Below are positions 30,301-41,324 of a stretch of 64,000 nt of DNA, piece by piece. The notes below the pieces were generated by a model. It made no database searches. It had not been told where the DNA came from and saw only the letters and a program-made list of their open reading frames with translations. Position numbers and translations under genes: made by a program. Location: contig CM000207.1 in NCBI GenBank assembly GCA_000002445.1, forward strand, positions 544,001-608,000, read 5' to 3'. Origin of the DNA: Trypanosoma brucei. Its lineage: Eukaryota. Each line of letters begins with the position of its first letter. Position 1 is the stretch's first letter.

Positions 30301-33130
30301 GTATCAGTTGAGAACTAACGTGAACGACTCCACCGGACTCAGTGACTCCGCGCCCCTGCCGTTTATCGTTGTCGTCTCCTCCGCTTTGGTCATTTAGTGA
30401 TGCTACAGATTCCTTGCTGAGAAATCCACTGTCCTGATCATGCGTCACTTCCCGTGACCCTAAGAGGTGGCCAAACTCAACACCGAGAGAGGACGGTAAC
30501 ACAGTCACCTGCGAGGCACACGAGCGGCACTGCACCTCACTATCCTCATGTTGCGGTGGGCCATTATACGTACTGAACCACATGTTCTCCGGAGGCGAAC
30601 CGTCTGCAATCAACCGTTGCAAAAGCGACGACTCCGTGTGCAAACACCGTGGGGTCCACTGTTGTGCCTCACCCACATCCGCGTATTCGTCAACACGCGC
30701 AGTACGTAACTCCATAGAAGCAACACTATCCAACTGATGTGCATAAAGTAGCGTCTCTGAGAGAAACTTTTCCGTGTGCAGCTGCTCCTGATGTTGTTCA
30801 TCGCACTGTGAAGACGATACGATAATTCCAATTGATGTGCCTAACGATCTGCAAACGCGTTTTGCCGCCGGCTTCGGTGCGCGATCACACATGTGACTGA
30901 TGGTTGCACCCTTCCAATCTGTACGGGGTCCCTTCAGCGTGATTTCCTCGTTACTTGAACGAGTCTGCACAGCTGCCCCATACGCCCCAAAATGAACGAG
31001 TAGCGAGGGTACATGACTTTTCCTCCTTTGCTCCTCCTTCCTTCGTTTAACGGCATTCAATGCAGCCCGATTAACTTCCTCAAAAGCCTTTATGTTGCCA
31101 CAAGCGATACCCCTACTTTGTTGCAGCGACACAACTTCCACCGACGAGACGGACAATGGCCACTCTATTACAAACGCGTGCAGAAGACACACGCAACCTC
31201 GTGAGGTGAGAAAATTGTCTGCCACGTTTAGTAACGTGAGTTCAGCCAAAACACCAGTCAGTACGACAGTTCGTACGGAGGCGGTTAACCCTTTCACAGC
31301 GGCGTCAGAAATTCCTGTACCTTCCAGGTGTATTTCCTTCAATCTACGAAACGCTGTTGGAGCAGGGCAATGCCGCCTCTGCGCATTCAACGCTGCGTGA
31401 GCAAATAGTTCACACATTATATTCCCCACACACACCTGCCTGTCAAACATTAGTTTCTCAAGAGCAAATACTGATGCGTCAACCAACTTTTCTGCTTCGT
31501 GATTAAAAGACTGTTGAAAAATGTCGTTGTCAGCAAGAACCTGCTCGTTACCAAACTGAATCTGCCGAATAGCCACTGCTGGTAACTGAGCCGCGTCAAA
31601 TGTGCCCGACAGATCGAGCACACTTAAACGGGGGCAGCAAAAGAGGAGGTTTAGGAAAAGGTTGCGGCAACAAAGAGGTGTGCATAATGTTGATAGCGGT
31701 ACGCCACCAAGATTAACTGTGGTTAGCATGCAAGGGTGCTTAAGCTCCGCGAAATTTGAAAACCTACAGGCACTGCTGGGTAGAAGTGAGCCGGTAGAAG
31801 AGCTGTCACCTACTTTTTTGCTCTCAGTTGAGGGTGGAGTGGTTACCACATCATCGCTGGCATTGGGATCGCCGGCAGCGTCTTGAATGCCGCATCTTTT
31901 ACCTAACTGCTTGGGTTCTGACCGCAAAGACGTAGGGGCAGAGTTTCCCGAAAACAACACGGTGCTCAAACGGTGGGCAGCACTCGCCGCCGCTAGAAGC
32001 TCTGATATGCCACGAGGCGATGCTTGGCACTTCCTCACGTCTAGTAGCGAAACCCCTAAATGGATAGAAGGGTATTCATCCCCACTGCTATCCTTCCTTG
32101 CCCCAGCATCATCGGTAGGGGTTTTGCAATCCCCTAAAAAGGACGGACAATACGTCGGTGATTGCACCTCCTCTTGCAAATAAGGTTGAGATCCAACTAC
32201 TTTCTCCCGTTCAACAAGCTGCGCATACAAACGCACGAGATTCGGTGGGAAGAGGTGTGGTTCCCCGCGGAGCGATGCCAACCGCAACCGAGAGATATAT
32301 ATGCTCAATATCTGGAATCCATAATCTTGAAGATTATTCCCCATGAGACGCAGCTCATCCAATGTGTCCGCCGACCAAAGGAGAAGTTTACCAATAAGCG
32401 TAGCACTACGATGCGTAAGGTGGTTTTCACTTAAATCAAGTATGCGTAACCCACGAAGGGGGCCGTACCCACGCACCCCATTGCGGGATGCTGACAATAT
32501 TTCATTTCTCCTGGGAACCAAGTCGTCGCTACTGGAGATGGTTTTTTCCCCTAAGGGGGGCAGAATACCGCGGACAGTGGGTAGATCTACCCGTCGTGCA
32601 GACGGACCGGGTTTGCGACCGACAGCGTACGCAAGGGAGTGGCGTAGAAGCTCCGCCAGTTTTCTATCTGTTACTCCCATCCGCACCAACCGCAGTGACA
32701 CTAGATTTGGCATGGCCGGCAGCATAGTTTGGCACAGCCAACTCCATTGTACGTTGTCTAAACTTACATCACTGAAATCGACTTGACGCACCTGTCCGAT
32801 ACAGAGACGTTGCCGTAGCTGGCGGTAAAGAATAGCCCATTCCATGGTGGATGAAATGGAAAGGGCAACATGCACACTTTTAGCTACTTCCACCTCCGCC
32901 GCCGACATCAGTACGGTGAGGCTGGGTGCACTCGAGAACCCGCCACTGCGTGAGCCCAACAAGTCCCCAAGCTCAAGCAGTTGTGGTGCCGGTGATAACT
33001 CACTTGGCCCGGGTTCCTCATCATCTACCGACCCACTAAGCAATCGTCGCTCAATATCACTGCTACCATTGTAAGGCAGTTCCGCGCCGTCGTTTAACTG
33101 AGACAAACTACTACGCAATAAATCAACCAT
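27371..33130 (-). CDS. Giant leucine-rich-repeat protein (RNI-like LRRs) with internal duplicated modules.
   Basis: It is a 1919-aa ORF with an ATG start. LRR stretches include LRGLRILDLSENHLTHRSATLIGKLL, LDELRLMGNNLQDYGF, LSVLDLSGT and LKEIHLEGTGISDAAVKGL. Two paralogous internal modules are visible: ICRGWTLLRRDDAVGEHARARLEKDLLMCLQ and ILCCGWRLLSRSDKVGEMARRELEADVLSFLQ, each followed by an ..AFPRF.. segment. Confidence 0.75.
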   Translation of the reverse strand: MVDLLRSSLSQLNDGAELPYNGSSDIERRLLSGSVDDEEPGPSELSPAPQLLELGDLLGSRSGGFSSAPSLTVLMSAAEVEVAKSVHVALSISSTMEWAILYRQLRQRLCIGQVRQVDFSDVSLDNVQWSWLCQTMLPAMPNLVSLRLVRMGVTDRKLAELLRHSLAYAVGRKPGPSARRVDLPTVRGILPPLGEKTISSSDDLVPRRNEILSASRNGVRGYGPLRGLRILDLSENHLTHRSATLIGKLLLWSADTLDELRLMGNNLQDYGFQILSIYISRLRLASLRGEPHLFPPNLVRLYAQLVEREKVVGSQPYLQEEVQSPTYCPSFLGDCKTPTDDAGARKDSSGDEYPSIHLGVSLLDVRKCQASPRGISELLAAASAAHRLSTVLFSGNSAPTSLRSEPKQLGKRCGIQDAAGDPNASDDVVTTPPSTESKKVGDSSSTGSLLPSSACRFSNFAELKHPCMLTTVNLGGVPLSTLCTPLCCRNLFLNLLFCCPRLSVLDLSGTFDAAQLPAVAIRQIQFGNEQVLADNDIFQQSFNHEAEKLVDASVFALEKLMFDRQVCVGNIMCELFAHAALNAQRRHCPAPTAFRRLKEIHLEGTGISDAAVKGLTASVRTVVLTGVLAELTLLNVADNFLTSRGCVCLLHAFVIEWPLSVSSVEVVSLQQSRGIACGNIKAFEEVNRAALNAVKRRKEEQRRKSHVPSLLVHFGAYGAAVQTRSSNEEITLKGPRTDWKGATISHMCDRAPKPAAKRVCRSLGTSIGIIVSSSQCDEQHQEQLHTEKFLSETLLYAHQLDSVASMELRTARVDEYADVGEAQQWTPRCLHTESSLLQRLIADGSPPENMWFSTYNGPPQHEDSEVQCRSCASQVTVLPSSLGVEFGHLLGSREVTHDQDSGFLSKESVASLNDQSGGDDNDKRQGRGVTESGGVVHVSSQLIPEGGDILPHFHSPTRHAEPPHGTTTTALQAKKKRTIPNRVGRSSSTLQRKLKFRNKRNIIMRYYHRAGDTICRGWTLLRRDDAVGEHARARLEKDLLMCLQPPDGYCDDAVVESVTLLVDTSSSRSPTDDDKTSCDSGYINAEGNTSRLLVVSNESRSTLEKRLRSCVSQVDGGTAFPRFTKVMQVYGVDMVEVARGVLNAAPSHRRAYLGSVTAESFVHTHHGREDQLLEDLNDLLVGAADMPDEEQCAVTSPISSSARGRLKLKTGEAQISGGSVCFSAEEASLSNMEGAVSGERIRKRAKGSKGRDEEGETLHSNHGLSNGQINVKPASTLPKKTVAEGAIPHPIEPVPPSLDMSPRSVSSGLHGVNAEGERSVRSPSSPSGRTKAHLFVLPHREGSILCCGWRLLSRSDKVGEMARRELEADVLSFLQDTLEGKANPNLSNGNEGAGAKLSLRTERSSSAVISVRMVFDSSPPGMQLRVVTSFPHAAVSSGLVDLQQKEGEAAFPRFAGMFSTKATYNTVSSIEKHLQQRDTTGQVRPRVLEKYRTISALVHCFHDDEDGLLMELMLPGLKSLDAFVEAPSTAAKAQERTRKDSGKTTKGTISEDIHPSLPHADKEVESTKKPRRSGEGVDMGAREPAESRRVPRIELMNHALAVGPQKAPVATAQSAANNEASPPSTISSLSSSVNRQFDLVSQLPNEANGAPSVAQDSTEDNDESIATSMESVFAEKLRRLQYLSYNAIAHGALLLDRRQRHKNRICKGKWGRVCVTVAVEWDVFLVVYFVKHSAFRVSSRKSLVLVHPIASGVRCSVEVGGNAANDTHTSGNDVVIHVERHYDPETLGLTTSELEQRLQQLILTTVRKKEGAPSMCSNRNSQMNMAAGENSVISRHSSISAVGSAEHSNGSMFLTLMPTAAQLLNRQVTMRVTLKSAAKARRAVTAIHEAGERAVSMIRDTINEQRRQAAAAAARSLHT

Positions 33131-33880
33131 AACCAGCCACTACTGCCGTCACAAAAATGATGAAAAAAAAATCACAAAAAAAAAACAACTCAAACAGCGG
33201 ACAACTTAAAAACACTGTGCGGTAACCACCACAAATGCGCAGCTTCGCACTAGCGTATGTTTCACACTTCTTTTAATCTATGTCCTTCTTGTTGTTTCCT
33301 TCCCTGCTCCGCAAACACTACCGCGTTGTCACCCTTCGCGTTTGCAAGCGTCACCAACACACAGCAAGTAAGTAGTGAAATAAAACAGAAGGAGGAGAAA
33401 GTGACCTCACTGCAATGCAAAGATGGGGCAAACACCACCACCCCTCTCCGCAGAGCACAGCCCGCGTGCTCTCCCTTACCTTAATCTATCTTCAGGAGAC
33501 AAGCTCTGCGTGTGGTGGGAGACACACTTACCTCTTTTCAGCAAATGTGGTAATAAGGATAAAATAAAAAGATCAACGGAAGAAAGACAGAAAAGAACAC
33601 ATGAGAGACGAAAGGAGAGAATAAATAAAAAAACAGAGAGTTTAATGACGCATATGCACATGCGCAGCCGTTTTTCCTTTAAGAGAAAAACTTAAGGTAT
33701 CAGTTACACGGAAGCGAGTAATCCCACCAAAGGTGAGCCTACAGTTCTGGAGGTACCTTCCCATTACCTTATTATCGTATCTTGGTTCACCGCTTCTGTC
33801 ATTAAACCCGTCACATATGTTAGAGAAAAGCGCTCAAAGGCATGTACGACGACGAAAAACAGAACCTTCAGCCAAACAAA

Positions 33881-33884
<4 letters not shown>

Positions 33885-33913
<29 letters not shown>
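33885..33913. repeat. (TA)n microsatellite of about 15 units, with an imperfect extension to ~33933.
   Basis: Read directly. Confidence 0.95.
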
Positions 33914-33916
<3 letters not shown>

Positions 33917-34648
33917 AATATATATATGAATATCACAATATCGGTACACTTCAGAGAACCCACGCAACACGAAGCAATGCACCCCCATTACCACCACCCC
34001 ACCCGCCTTCCTCAAGCAACAGTACAAACCGCACCCCTGGATTAAAAGGAGGAGGTTGTCGCCAGCTCCGCTGTGAGGAACATAAATCTGCTAAAGCATT
34101 TGGGTGCATACGATAGTTGAGTAGGGATGCGAAGCGCAAATGCGACATCTTAGCGATTCGGTTGGAAGGGGTCGTCAGCAGTTTGCGAAGGGGGGGAGAA
34201 GGAGTCTAACAAAAACGATAATAGTTCTCCCTTTTTGTTAATCAGTTCATTTGCTATACGCAGTTACGTGCCTCTTCCGTCTTTTTTTTCTTTCTTTTAT
34301 GTACAGCGTCCATATTTAATTCCCCTCTCCCAAGTTGAGTTTGGGGAGGCGTACCGTTACCTTTTGACAATTCTGACATCCCTGGTCTAGTGACTCGAGC
34401 GACCCACCAGTACTAACCCTCGCAACCGCAACCCTCTAATTTTAACGTGTTCATGTGCTGAGGCAAATCAATTGTCCTAGCACATACACGGCGCGCAGGC
34501 AACAACGTGAGGAGTAAGAGATGTTGCTCCAACCAAATACCTTCTTCAACAGCCTCGCGGCAACAACAACAACAATAGGAATGCACGATTTCCCCCTTTC
34601 CACAAATACGGAAAACGGGAGCTGAAGAAATAGAACGAAGTAGACACA

Positions 34649-36469
34649 TCACTTAGTCTTTCTCCTCCGCCACAAAATGAATCCTGTTACCGTCAGAAAT
34701 GCGGCGCTTCCCACGAGCGGAATCAATACCCCATAGATCTGCGCCCTATTAAATCTGTAGCCACCCCAGTTTTGATAATCAGTGGAAATGTCTTTCGCCT
34801 TCCTCCCAGTCGTCCCACCACTCGCAGCATTTCTTCCCTGTCCCTCCTTTTCGGAAGCAGGACCACCCAACGACGATGCTGACATCACCCCGGGTTGCCC
34901 AGAAGCCGCCGCACCACCGCGCTCGGAAGCACCACGTCCAACAGTTGATTCCACCTTAATTCGACTAACCACAGGCAAATCGTACCACAATTTGGGATCA
35001 TTATAAAGAACGAGGGGCTGAGGTTTCTGGTTGACTTCGTGTTGGGAGGTTTGGATAAGGTACGTCGAAGGCGCGGAGTGCAACTCCTTAATAATGATAC
35101 GATAATTTTCAATGGGTTGGAACACAGCGTCAAATGCATCGAACAATGGGGCTAAATTCACACGCCGCCCCATAGCCTGAAGAAAGGACATGTTCTGAAG
35201 CGGCTCCAACTCTTCCACAGAAAGAACAACATCGGTGATGTCCTTTACCACATCGTCTTCGTAAATCGCCTCCACCCGCATGTTGGGCACCTCATCTGGG
35301 CACAAGCTAAGAACTTCATCACGATATTCCTTGCAGTTCACGTAACAAAAAGGAACGGCATAGCGCTTCCACACGGGACCATAACCAAACAAGACTTCAT
35401 CCGCTGATTTCAGCTGCTTCAGTACCTGGGCAAAATCGTAATGAAACTCCATCAGATCACCGGGAGTAAGGTCATGAAAGTGACGCGGACGGTAGTTAGT
35501 TACTAATGGGGCAACTACAAACTGCGCAACCGCCGTATGTGGTTGTCCAACCTTTCCAAAGCGTTGGTCTACTTTAATGTGCGGGAGTGAAGTCTTGCAA
35601 CGCTCGCGAAGAGGTGCCATAAAAGGTGAAACACTATGTAAGAGGGCGTTAGCGAAGGCTTCGAACGCATTTTTCTGAGCGGCCTCCCTCTTCTGTTGCC
35701 CCTTCGTTGGTTTTTTCCACCTCCGGTTACCGTTTGCCGTGAGAGGGGGCAAGGGCCGTCCAAATTCGTCAACATCATCATCACCGACACTTGAAGCCAT
35801 ACCATGCCCCCCTACAATACGGGACGTGCCGTGAACTCGATCGCCGTTGTGCTCCCTACCTTCCAGGTTAGTTAGTACAGTTTGTGCCTTCCCCTTCATT
35901 GCGGAGGCGGCCTTCAGCCACTTACCGCTCTGCAATGGTCTCACTACATCACATCCCGGAAGATCAGGGTACGCAGCAGGGTCAAGGATTGAGGCAGCAC
36001 CAGGTGTCGTCTTAGGAGTCGCACGTAATCCCTTCGGGTTGGAAACAGCATTTTCGGCCTCATGCTCCGCTGCTTCCTGTCTTCCCGGAGTGTCCTGCTC
36101 GCCGTTAAGCTGCCGCTCAAGGAGTTCTCGTGTAAGAGCCATGACGTTGTCAAACTCCTTCTTCCAATCTATTCCCTCAAGCGTAAACTCACCAACTTCC
36201 GTTGCATTCGGTGCTGAAATGCTTTGGCCGGCCAGCATAAACGAAGGGAAGTACGGAGGAGGATCACTAACCATGTCATTCCACTGCAACGTGTCATATT
36301 GTTCCTGCGGGGGTGAACCTGGAACGGTATTCATGCTACCATTCGTCCCTACTCCGCTCTTCTGCTCGAGTCCTTCACCTTCCGCAACGGCAGAATCTGG
36401 AAGGGAAAAAGCTGAAAAATCACCTGTTGGTACCCATTCCTTCGCATTCGCATTCAGCTGGCTAGTCAT
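34649..36469 (-). CDS. PAM2-motif protein (a predicted PABP MLLE-domain ligand) with a single C-terminal transmembrane tail anchor.
   Basis: It is a 606-aa ORF with an ATG start. Residues 4-14, SQLNANAKEWVP, closely match the Paip2-type PAM2 core NLNPNAKEFVP. The C-terminus IYGVLIPLVGSAAFLTVTGFILWRRRKTK is a hydrophobic helix followed by basic residues and then the stop. Confidence 0.7.
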   Translation of the reverse strand: MTSQLNANAKEWVPTGDFSAFSLPDSAVAEGEGLEQKSGVGTNGSMNTVPGSPPQEQYDTLQWNDMVSDPPPYFPSFMLAGQSISAPNATEVGEFTLEGIDWKKEFDNVMALTRELLERQLNGEQDTPGRQEAAEHEAENAVSNPKGLRATPKTTPGAASILDPAAYPDLPGCDVVRPLQSGKWLKAASAMKGKAQTVLTNLEGREHNGDRVHGTSRIVGGHGMASSVGDDDVDEFGRPLPPLTANGNRRWKKPTKGQQKREAAQKNAFEAFANALLHSVSPFMAPLRERCKTSLPHIKVDQRFGKVGQPHTAVAQFVVAPLVTNYRPRHFHDLTPGDLMEFHYDFAQVLKQLKSADEVLFGYGPVWKRYAVPFCYVNCKEYRDEVLSLCPDEVPNMRVEAIYEDDVVKDITDVVLSVEELEPLQNMSFLQAMGRRVNLAPLFDAFDAVFQPIENYRIIIKELHSAPSTYLIQTSQHEVNQKPQPLVLYNDPKLWYDLPVVSRIKVESTVGRGASERGGAAASGQPGVMSASSLGGPASEKEGQGRNAASGGTTGRKAKDISTDYQNWGGYRFNRAQIYGVLIPLVGSAAFLTVTGFILWRRRKTK

Positions 36470-37008
36470 CTTATTCTTTTTTCCTACCCCTAACTCGCCA
36501 CGTATGTTCTCCTTTATGGGGGATTATCCTTCCTACTAAAGTGGTTAATATGTGCGATGGTGAACACGATTGGGGGTACACGTAAATAAATATATATGTA
36601 TATTTGGTCATATTTACAGAGGGGAAATGAAGAGGGGAAACAAATAATACACCTGACAGGAAACCGCAACATCACTTACTTCGTGTTGGTGATGACGCCG
36701 GCCCACACTCACCCCCTCCCTTCTCCCACAGTCAAAAGGGGCTTAACAAAAAAAAATCCGCGCAATAAAACTCCAACGGAGATTCGAAGAACAGGCGGCA
36801 AAGCAAAGGAGAATAGTTACGCGTATATGCGTACTTCAATGTCGGGTTTAGGAACTTCCCCCTTGGTAGAGATAACGACACGTATAGAAAATAATGCGCG
36901 ATCCTCATTTCCCCCCCCCCAGTCCCTTATGTTAAGAGGAGTCCAACACCATGCGCGTCGATATGAACGGTCCGGTTGCGGACTCATCAATACTCCATAG
37001 ATCCGTCC

Positions 37009-38118
37009 CTACTCGGGGGAGAAAAAGCTCTCTAGGAACTTAGACAAGTATTTGTTGTATTCCATAACGTGTGGAAGGTCACGATGCCAACACTCCTTGA
37101 AACTCAGCAATAGTTGATGATGGAGAGCGAAGTAGCCAACCTCGAAATCGCTCGTCTCCTCCCCCTCCGAGCAGTCGACGGAATTTTGAGAGAGTGCACC
37201 GATTGATTGAGTCCCCACTTCCGACATCGCAGCAGCACTACGCAAACTACCGGTAAGAATTCCGGGTTTATGACCACGCGAAATTGTGTCATAAAGCACC
37301 TCTAGTTGTGGAAGAAACACCTTGTAGTCCCGTTGAAGGAGTAATTGGGCTGTAAACTGAATGGAGACAACAGCGAGAAGGTACCAATGATTCTTTTTAT
37401 CGGCTAGCGCACGCTTATTGAATTCCATCATTCCTTTTAGATGGTCATTATATGCCTCAGCAAAGTGCAGAAATTGGCGGAGAGCGAGCACACCACCACC
37501 ACGGAGGTCTGTCACGGGGTCCATGCCCTGAAACCCGAGATCGTTCCACTCGCTACTCCTTCGGGCGAATGCCGACTTTGGTTTCCCCGCCGCCACCCAC
37601 AACCTTTCCAGTAGCGCAATATGCTGTGGGTTTCCGTCGTCGAATGCCGTGGCCCGTTCCGCCTCTAAGCGAGCCGCCTGCTCCTCGCAACGGCATAACT
37701 GTTGCATCATATGACACACATGCTCCTCTGCACCATTTGCACCATCCGCAGGTGGTTGGTCGGCAGTCCCCACCGGGAACGCCTCCTGCAGGCACTCGAA
37801 GAGCTTACGATTAATTCTAATCGCTTTCTCCTCCCCGCCACGGAAGAAGAACACCAACTGCCCAACCGTGGTGATTTCCCCCTTCATTATGTGTTCAGCA
37901 GCCTTCTTCACGGCTAACTCTGGCTGGTTTACAGCAATATTAACACTCTGTAAAACCGGCGTGCGACGACAGACCTTTCGTGTTTGGCAACGGTATACCT
38001 TATATAAGAGGAACAACAAACCCCCTGCTCCAGCTACAAGCGCCGCCATTACGGGTGTCGGGAGACCGAAACACCTGCTATCGCTCCCCACTTCCAGACA
38101 AGACATACTGGAACCCAT
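37009..38118 (-). CDS. ELMO-domain protein (ELMOD-like, putative Arf/Arl GAP) with an N-terminal TM helix.
   Basis: It is a 369-aa ORF with an ATG start. It carries the ELMO signature SEWNDLGFQGMDPVTDLRGGGVLALRQFLHFAE (W..GFQG.DP.TDFRG.G consensus). The N-terminal hydrophobic segment is AALVAGAGGLLFLLY. Confidence 0.8.
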   Translation of the reverse strand: MGSSMSCLEVGSDSRCFGLPTPVMAALVAGAGGLLFLLYKVYRCQTRKVCRRTPVLQSVNIAVNQPELAVKKAAEHIMKGEITTVGQLVFFFRGGEEKAIRINRKLFECLQEAFPVGTADQPPADGANGAEEHVCHMMQQLCRCEEQAARLEAERATAFDDGNPQHIALLERLWVAAGKPKSAFARRSSEWNDLGFQGMDPVTDLRGGGVLALRQFLHFAEAYNDHLKGMMEFNKRALADKKNHWYLLAVVSIQFTAQLLLQRDYKVFLPQLEVLYDTISRGHKPGILTGSLRSAAAMSEVGTQSIGALSQNSVDCSEGEETSDFEVGYFALHHQLLLSFKECWHRDLPHVMEYNKYLSKFLESFFSPE

Positions 38119-39379
38119 AACCTGCTGTTAGTAAATGCGTCTACAAATATATAAAGAAAAGGCGTTGGGCCTCAAATTAAGGCAAAGTTGCCGTATGCGA
38201 CCCTCCTGTCCCAAGTCGTTCGGCACCGCTTATAAGTTTCTACCCCCCCCCCCCTAGATACAAAATAGATGTAGCAGCACAAGGAGTATAGAAAGGGGGA
38301 AAAAACAGAAACGGGAGCAAGTGACTGCGTGTGCGTATGTGACTCACCAGCCTCGGAAAACTAGTAGTACCAAACGACGAGAAAGAGGATGGGAAGCGTA
38401 GCAGAGGGAAAAACAGAAAAAGACAAAAAAAGACACAGGTGGAAAAAGTGTAGTATACATCAACGACCCGGCATAATAGACTGTGACGCTACATCACCAT
38501 ATTTTTTCTTACTCTTTTTTCTTTCTCCCACTAAAAGGTGCATCAACGCACCCATTCCACTTGGCAAGTTTAGTAAATGAAATGAAAGAGGCAGTTACGA
38601 AAATAAAAATAATAAAAATAACAATGTGGTGACTATGGATAATACTTACAAAAGCGACGAACGAACAGGAGGTATTATTTTTTTTTAAAGCGTGAAAAGG
38701 GGGCATTACTAAAACTATGGATACATCGTGGCGCAAAAATGAGCATGGTATAGTTAAATACAGATATATTTATATTAAAATGCACTAAGTAGGAATAAAC
38801 GAACGAAAACAAAGCAACAGAGCAAAGTCCATCCTCCCCAAAGGCAGTCACTGAGAAAAAAGGATGAGAATTACAACAGCAAAAAGAATAATAAAAAAAA
38901 AAAAGCATCACCGCACCTCGGCTGGGATGCCGACAACCCCGAAGGAAGACTATACCAAAGGGTACGAAAAAAAAAGGAGGAACGGGGGAGGAAGGCGCGA
39001 AAGAGAGAAAAGTAAAATAAATTCTGTATTTTTTATGGAAGCATAAATGGAAATAACAATACACAACATGAAATTGAGGAAAGCAGTGAGGGAAAATCGA
39101 AAGGGGAAGGGAAATTGAAATCTGTATCAACCCTCATACACGCAAGATGGTGTGTATGTGTGGGAGATTGAACAATGGTGCCTGTGTAGTTCTATATCCC
39201 CATAGAAATACACTGAGACATTTATGGTTGCGGAATCGTTTCTATCCGTGACCCGCCTTACAGCAACCAACACACATCCGTTTGGTTGGCAACTTTCTTA
39301 ACCAAACGTTCACGCAAACCTCTCAACTACCTATACAAAAAGCATGACGGCGTGTACAACCCACCTCACTGTGCATATC

Positions 39380-40831
39380 CTACCGTGACCGCTGACGAAA
39401 CGACGAGTACCTGGCGGAAGGAACGTCACCAGCGAAGTTTATGGCTCTTCGTTGGCGCCGTCTCCCGGTTCTGTTGGTCCTGTCCAAACCTTGCATTAGG
39501 GAAGGTGTTTTGGCATTTCGTTGATCAATCGACCCTTCCCGCGATCTCCCCGACTCTTGTGAAACAGGGCAGATGACAGTCACAGCCCGGTCGTCATCCA
39601 CTGGGGAAACTTGCAGGCATCCACCGCTACAAGAGTCTAACAAAGAAGTTTGTGACGATTTACCTTCGGTCTCAGGCGCAGGTCCCTCTTTTGCATTCTC
39701 GATTATCGAGCTCACCGTTTCCAAAGGTCCAAACCACGCTGACGACCACCGTGACATCCCTCCTCTCGCTTCGGCCGGCAGAGAAAAAGACGGTGACCCC
39801 GAAGCAACGCACCCCGAGTATGTCCGAGGCGAATCGGTTGCCCACGCTCCCATTGTTTCATGCGGAGGCAAGATCCGACTATTATGGATATTACATGTAG
39901 TCATATCCTTTGGCATTCCGTTAGGAGACTCAACAGAAATATCACTGTTAGGGGAATGCGCCGTTATTGATTCATCCACAAACCACTCAGATTCTTCGGG
40001 TACCGCTTGGAACGTGTACGAGGGCACAAAGGGAGTGCGATGGTAAAAATTGACATCCAGCACATCAACGTACATGTCGTCTGACATCCGCGGTACAAAA
40101 GGGTGACTGCCAGTACCGTTAGGCACACCAAACCACGACCGATCCCTGTTATGTTGCGATGGTAACAAGATACCACCGCTTCGCATGCCACTTGACTCTT
40201 CACAAGGTATATATCGACTACCACCGTTTATTATAGAAGAAGGAAACCCCCTTCCCGTGAAGAGCGAACTGGTAGTGATGGGAGGCCCCTCGTGCTGGCT
40301 GGAGGGTAGAGGCAGTTTGCTTCCCTGCTGCCGCGCAACATCCACGCGGTGTGTTTTGTCAGTTCCGCCACCGTCAGCGATATTTCCCTCACTCGTTGAT
40401 TCATCCTTCAATGTGGGAGGCGTTGTGGACTCGTGCCCAACAGCATCGGTGGTAGTTTCCGCACGTGGCGACCGCAGCTCAGTTGCTGCCTTCACTGACC
40501 AGTCCAATGCCACGCAGTCGACCCCACGACTGCTACTTCCTCCGCTTGAGGTTAATCCAGTTGGGCGACGAGTGGAACGGCGGGCGCGCCTCGGGATCCT
40601 TGACGACCCTTCAGCCTTATTTCTCCCCAACCGAATACCACTGTTACTTCTATTAACATTGTTAATACCACCTTCACTCACGCGCATTGCAGGGTCGCTG
40701 TGACGAATAGAACCGATTTGATTATGGTCATCGCCTGCGTCTTGAAAACCAGTATTAGTGGTGTTGCTACTGGGAGCAAGGCCTCTTTGAACCGTTGCTC
40801 GCGCCTTACTGCCTCCGGTCCACCGAAGCAT
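39380..40831 (-). CDS. Hypothetical low-complexity (S/G/R/T-rich) protein.
   Basis: It is a 483-aa minus-strand ORF with an ATG start. It is co-directional with the neighbouring genes, and I recognised no domain. Confidence 0.5.
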   Translation of the reverse strand: MLRWTGGSKARATVQRGLAPSSNTTNTGFQDAGDDHNQIGSIRHSDPAMRVSEGGINNVNRSNSGIRLGRNKAEGSSRIPRRARRSTRRPTGLTSSGGSSSRGVDCVALDWSVKAATELRSPRAETTTDAVGHESTTPPTLKDESTSEGNIADGGGTDKTHRVDVARQQGSKLPLPSSQHEGPPITTSSLFTGRGFPSSIINGGSRYIPCEESSGMRSGGILLPSQHNRDRSWFGVPNGTGSHPFVPRMSDDMYVDVLDVNFYHRTPFVPSYTFQAVPEESEWFVDESITAHSPNSDISVESPNGMPKDMTTCNIHNSRILPPHETMGAWATDSPRTYSGCVASGSPSFSLPAEARGGMSRWSSAWFGPLETVSSIIENAKEGPAPETEGKSSQTSLLDSCSGGCLQVSPVDDDRAVTVICPVSQESGRSREGSIDQRNAKTPSLMQGLDRTNRTGRRRQRRAINFAGDVPSARYSSFRQRSR

Positions 40832-41267
40832 TACAGTATCTTGCGAAAGTTATGTTTGTACGACGCGCTATTAAGCGATCGTGCCTGAGTCCGAGGAAGT
40901 AATAGACAAGAGCAGTTTTACCACTACCGACGTGTCACTCCAACACCTCCCTTTCTGTACCTAATCCTGCTAAAAAAAAAGGGTTTCTTATGTGACCACA
41001 ACGCAATGTCACAAAGAGGGTCACAAAAACACACACAAAAACGAATATATCACTTGCTGCGAGAGTCCTTTCGTTTCTCATTTAATGTATTGTCAAATCG
41101 CAGAAATTAAATGGAAAAAATGCGGCACAACAGAAGAAAGATGAAAGGAGAAGTGAGTCTGGTACGCCAGATGCAAGAAAAACAACGAGTCCTGAAGAAG
41201 TATAATAGAAGGGTTAACACAAGAAAGATGGGAAGAAAACATAGTAACGTAAAACAAAACGAAACAC

Positions 41268-41286
41268 TCATTCACTCACTCACTCA

Positions 41287-41322
<36 letters not shown>
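41268..41322. repeat. Compound microsatellite: (CACT)5, then (TA)16.
   Basis: Read directly: ttcactcactcactcactca followed by tatatatatatatatatatatatatatatatata. Confidence 0.95.
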
Positions 41323-41324
<2 letters not shown>

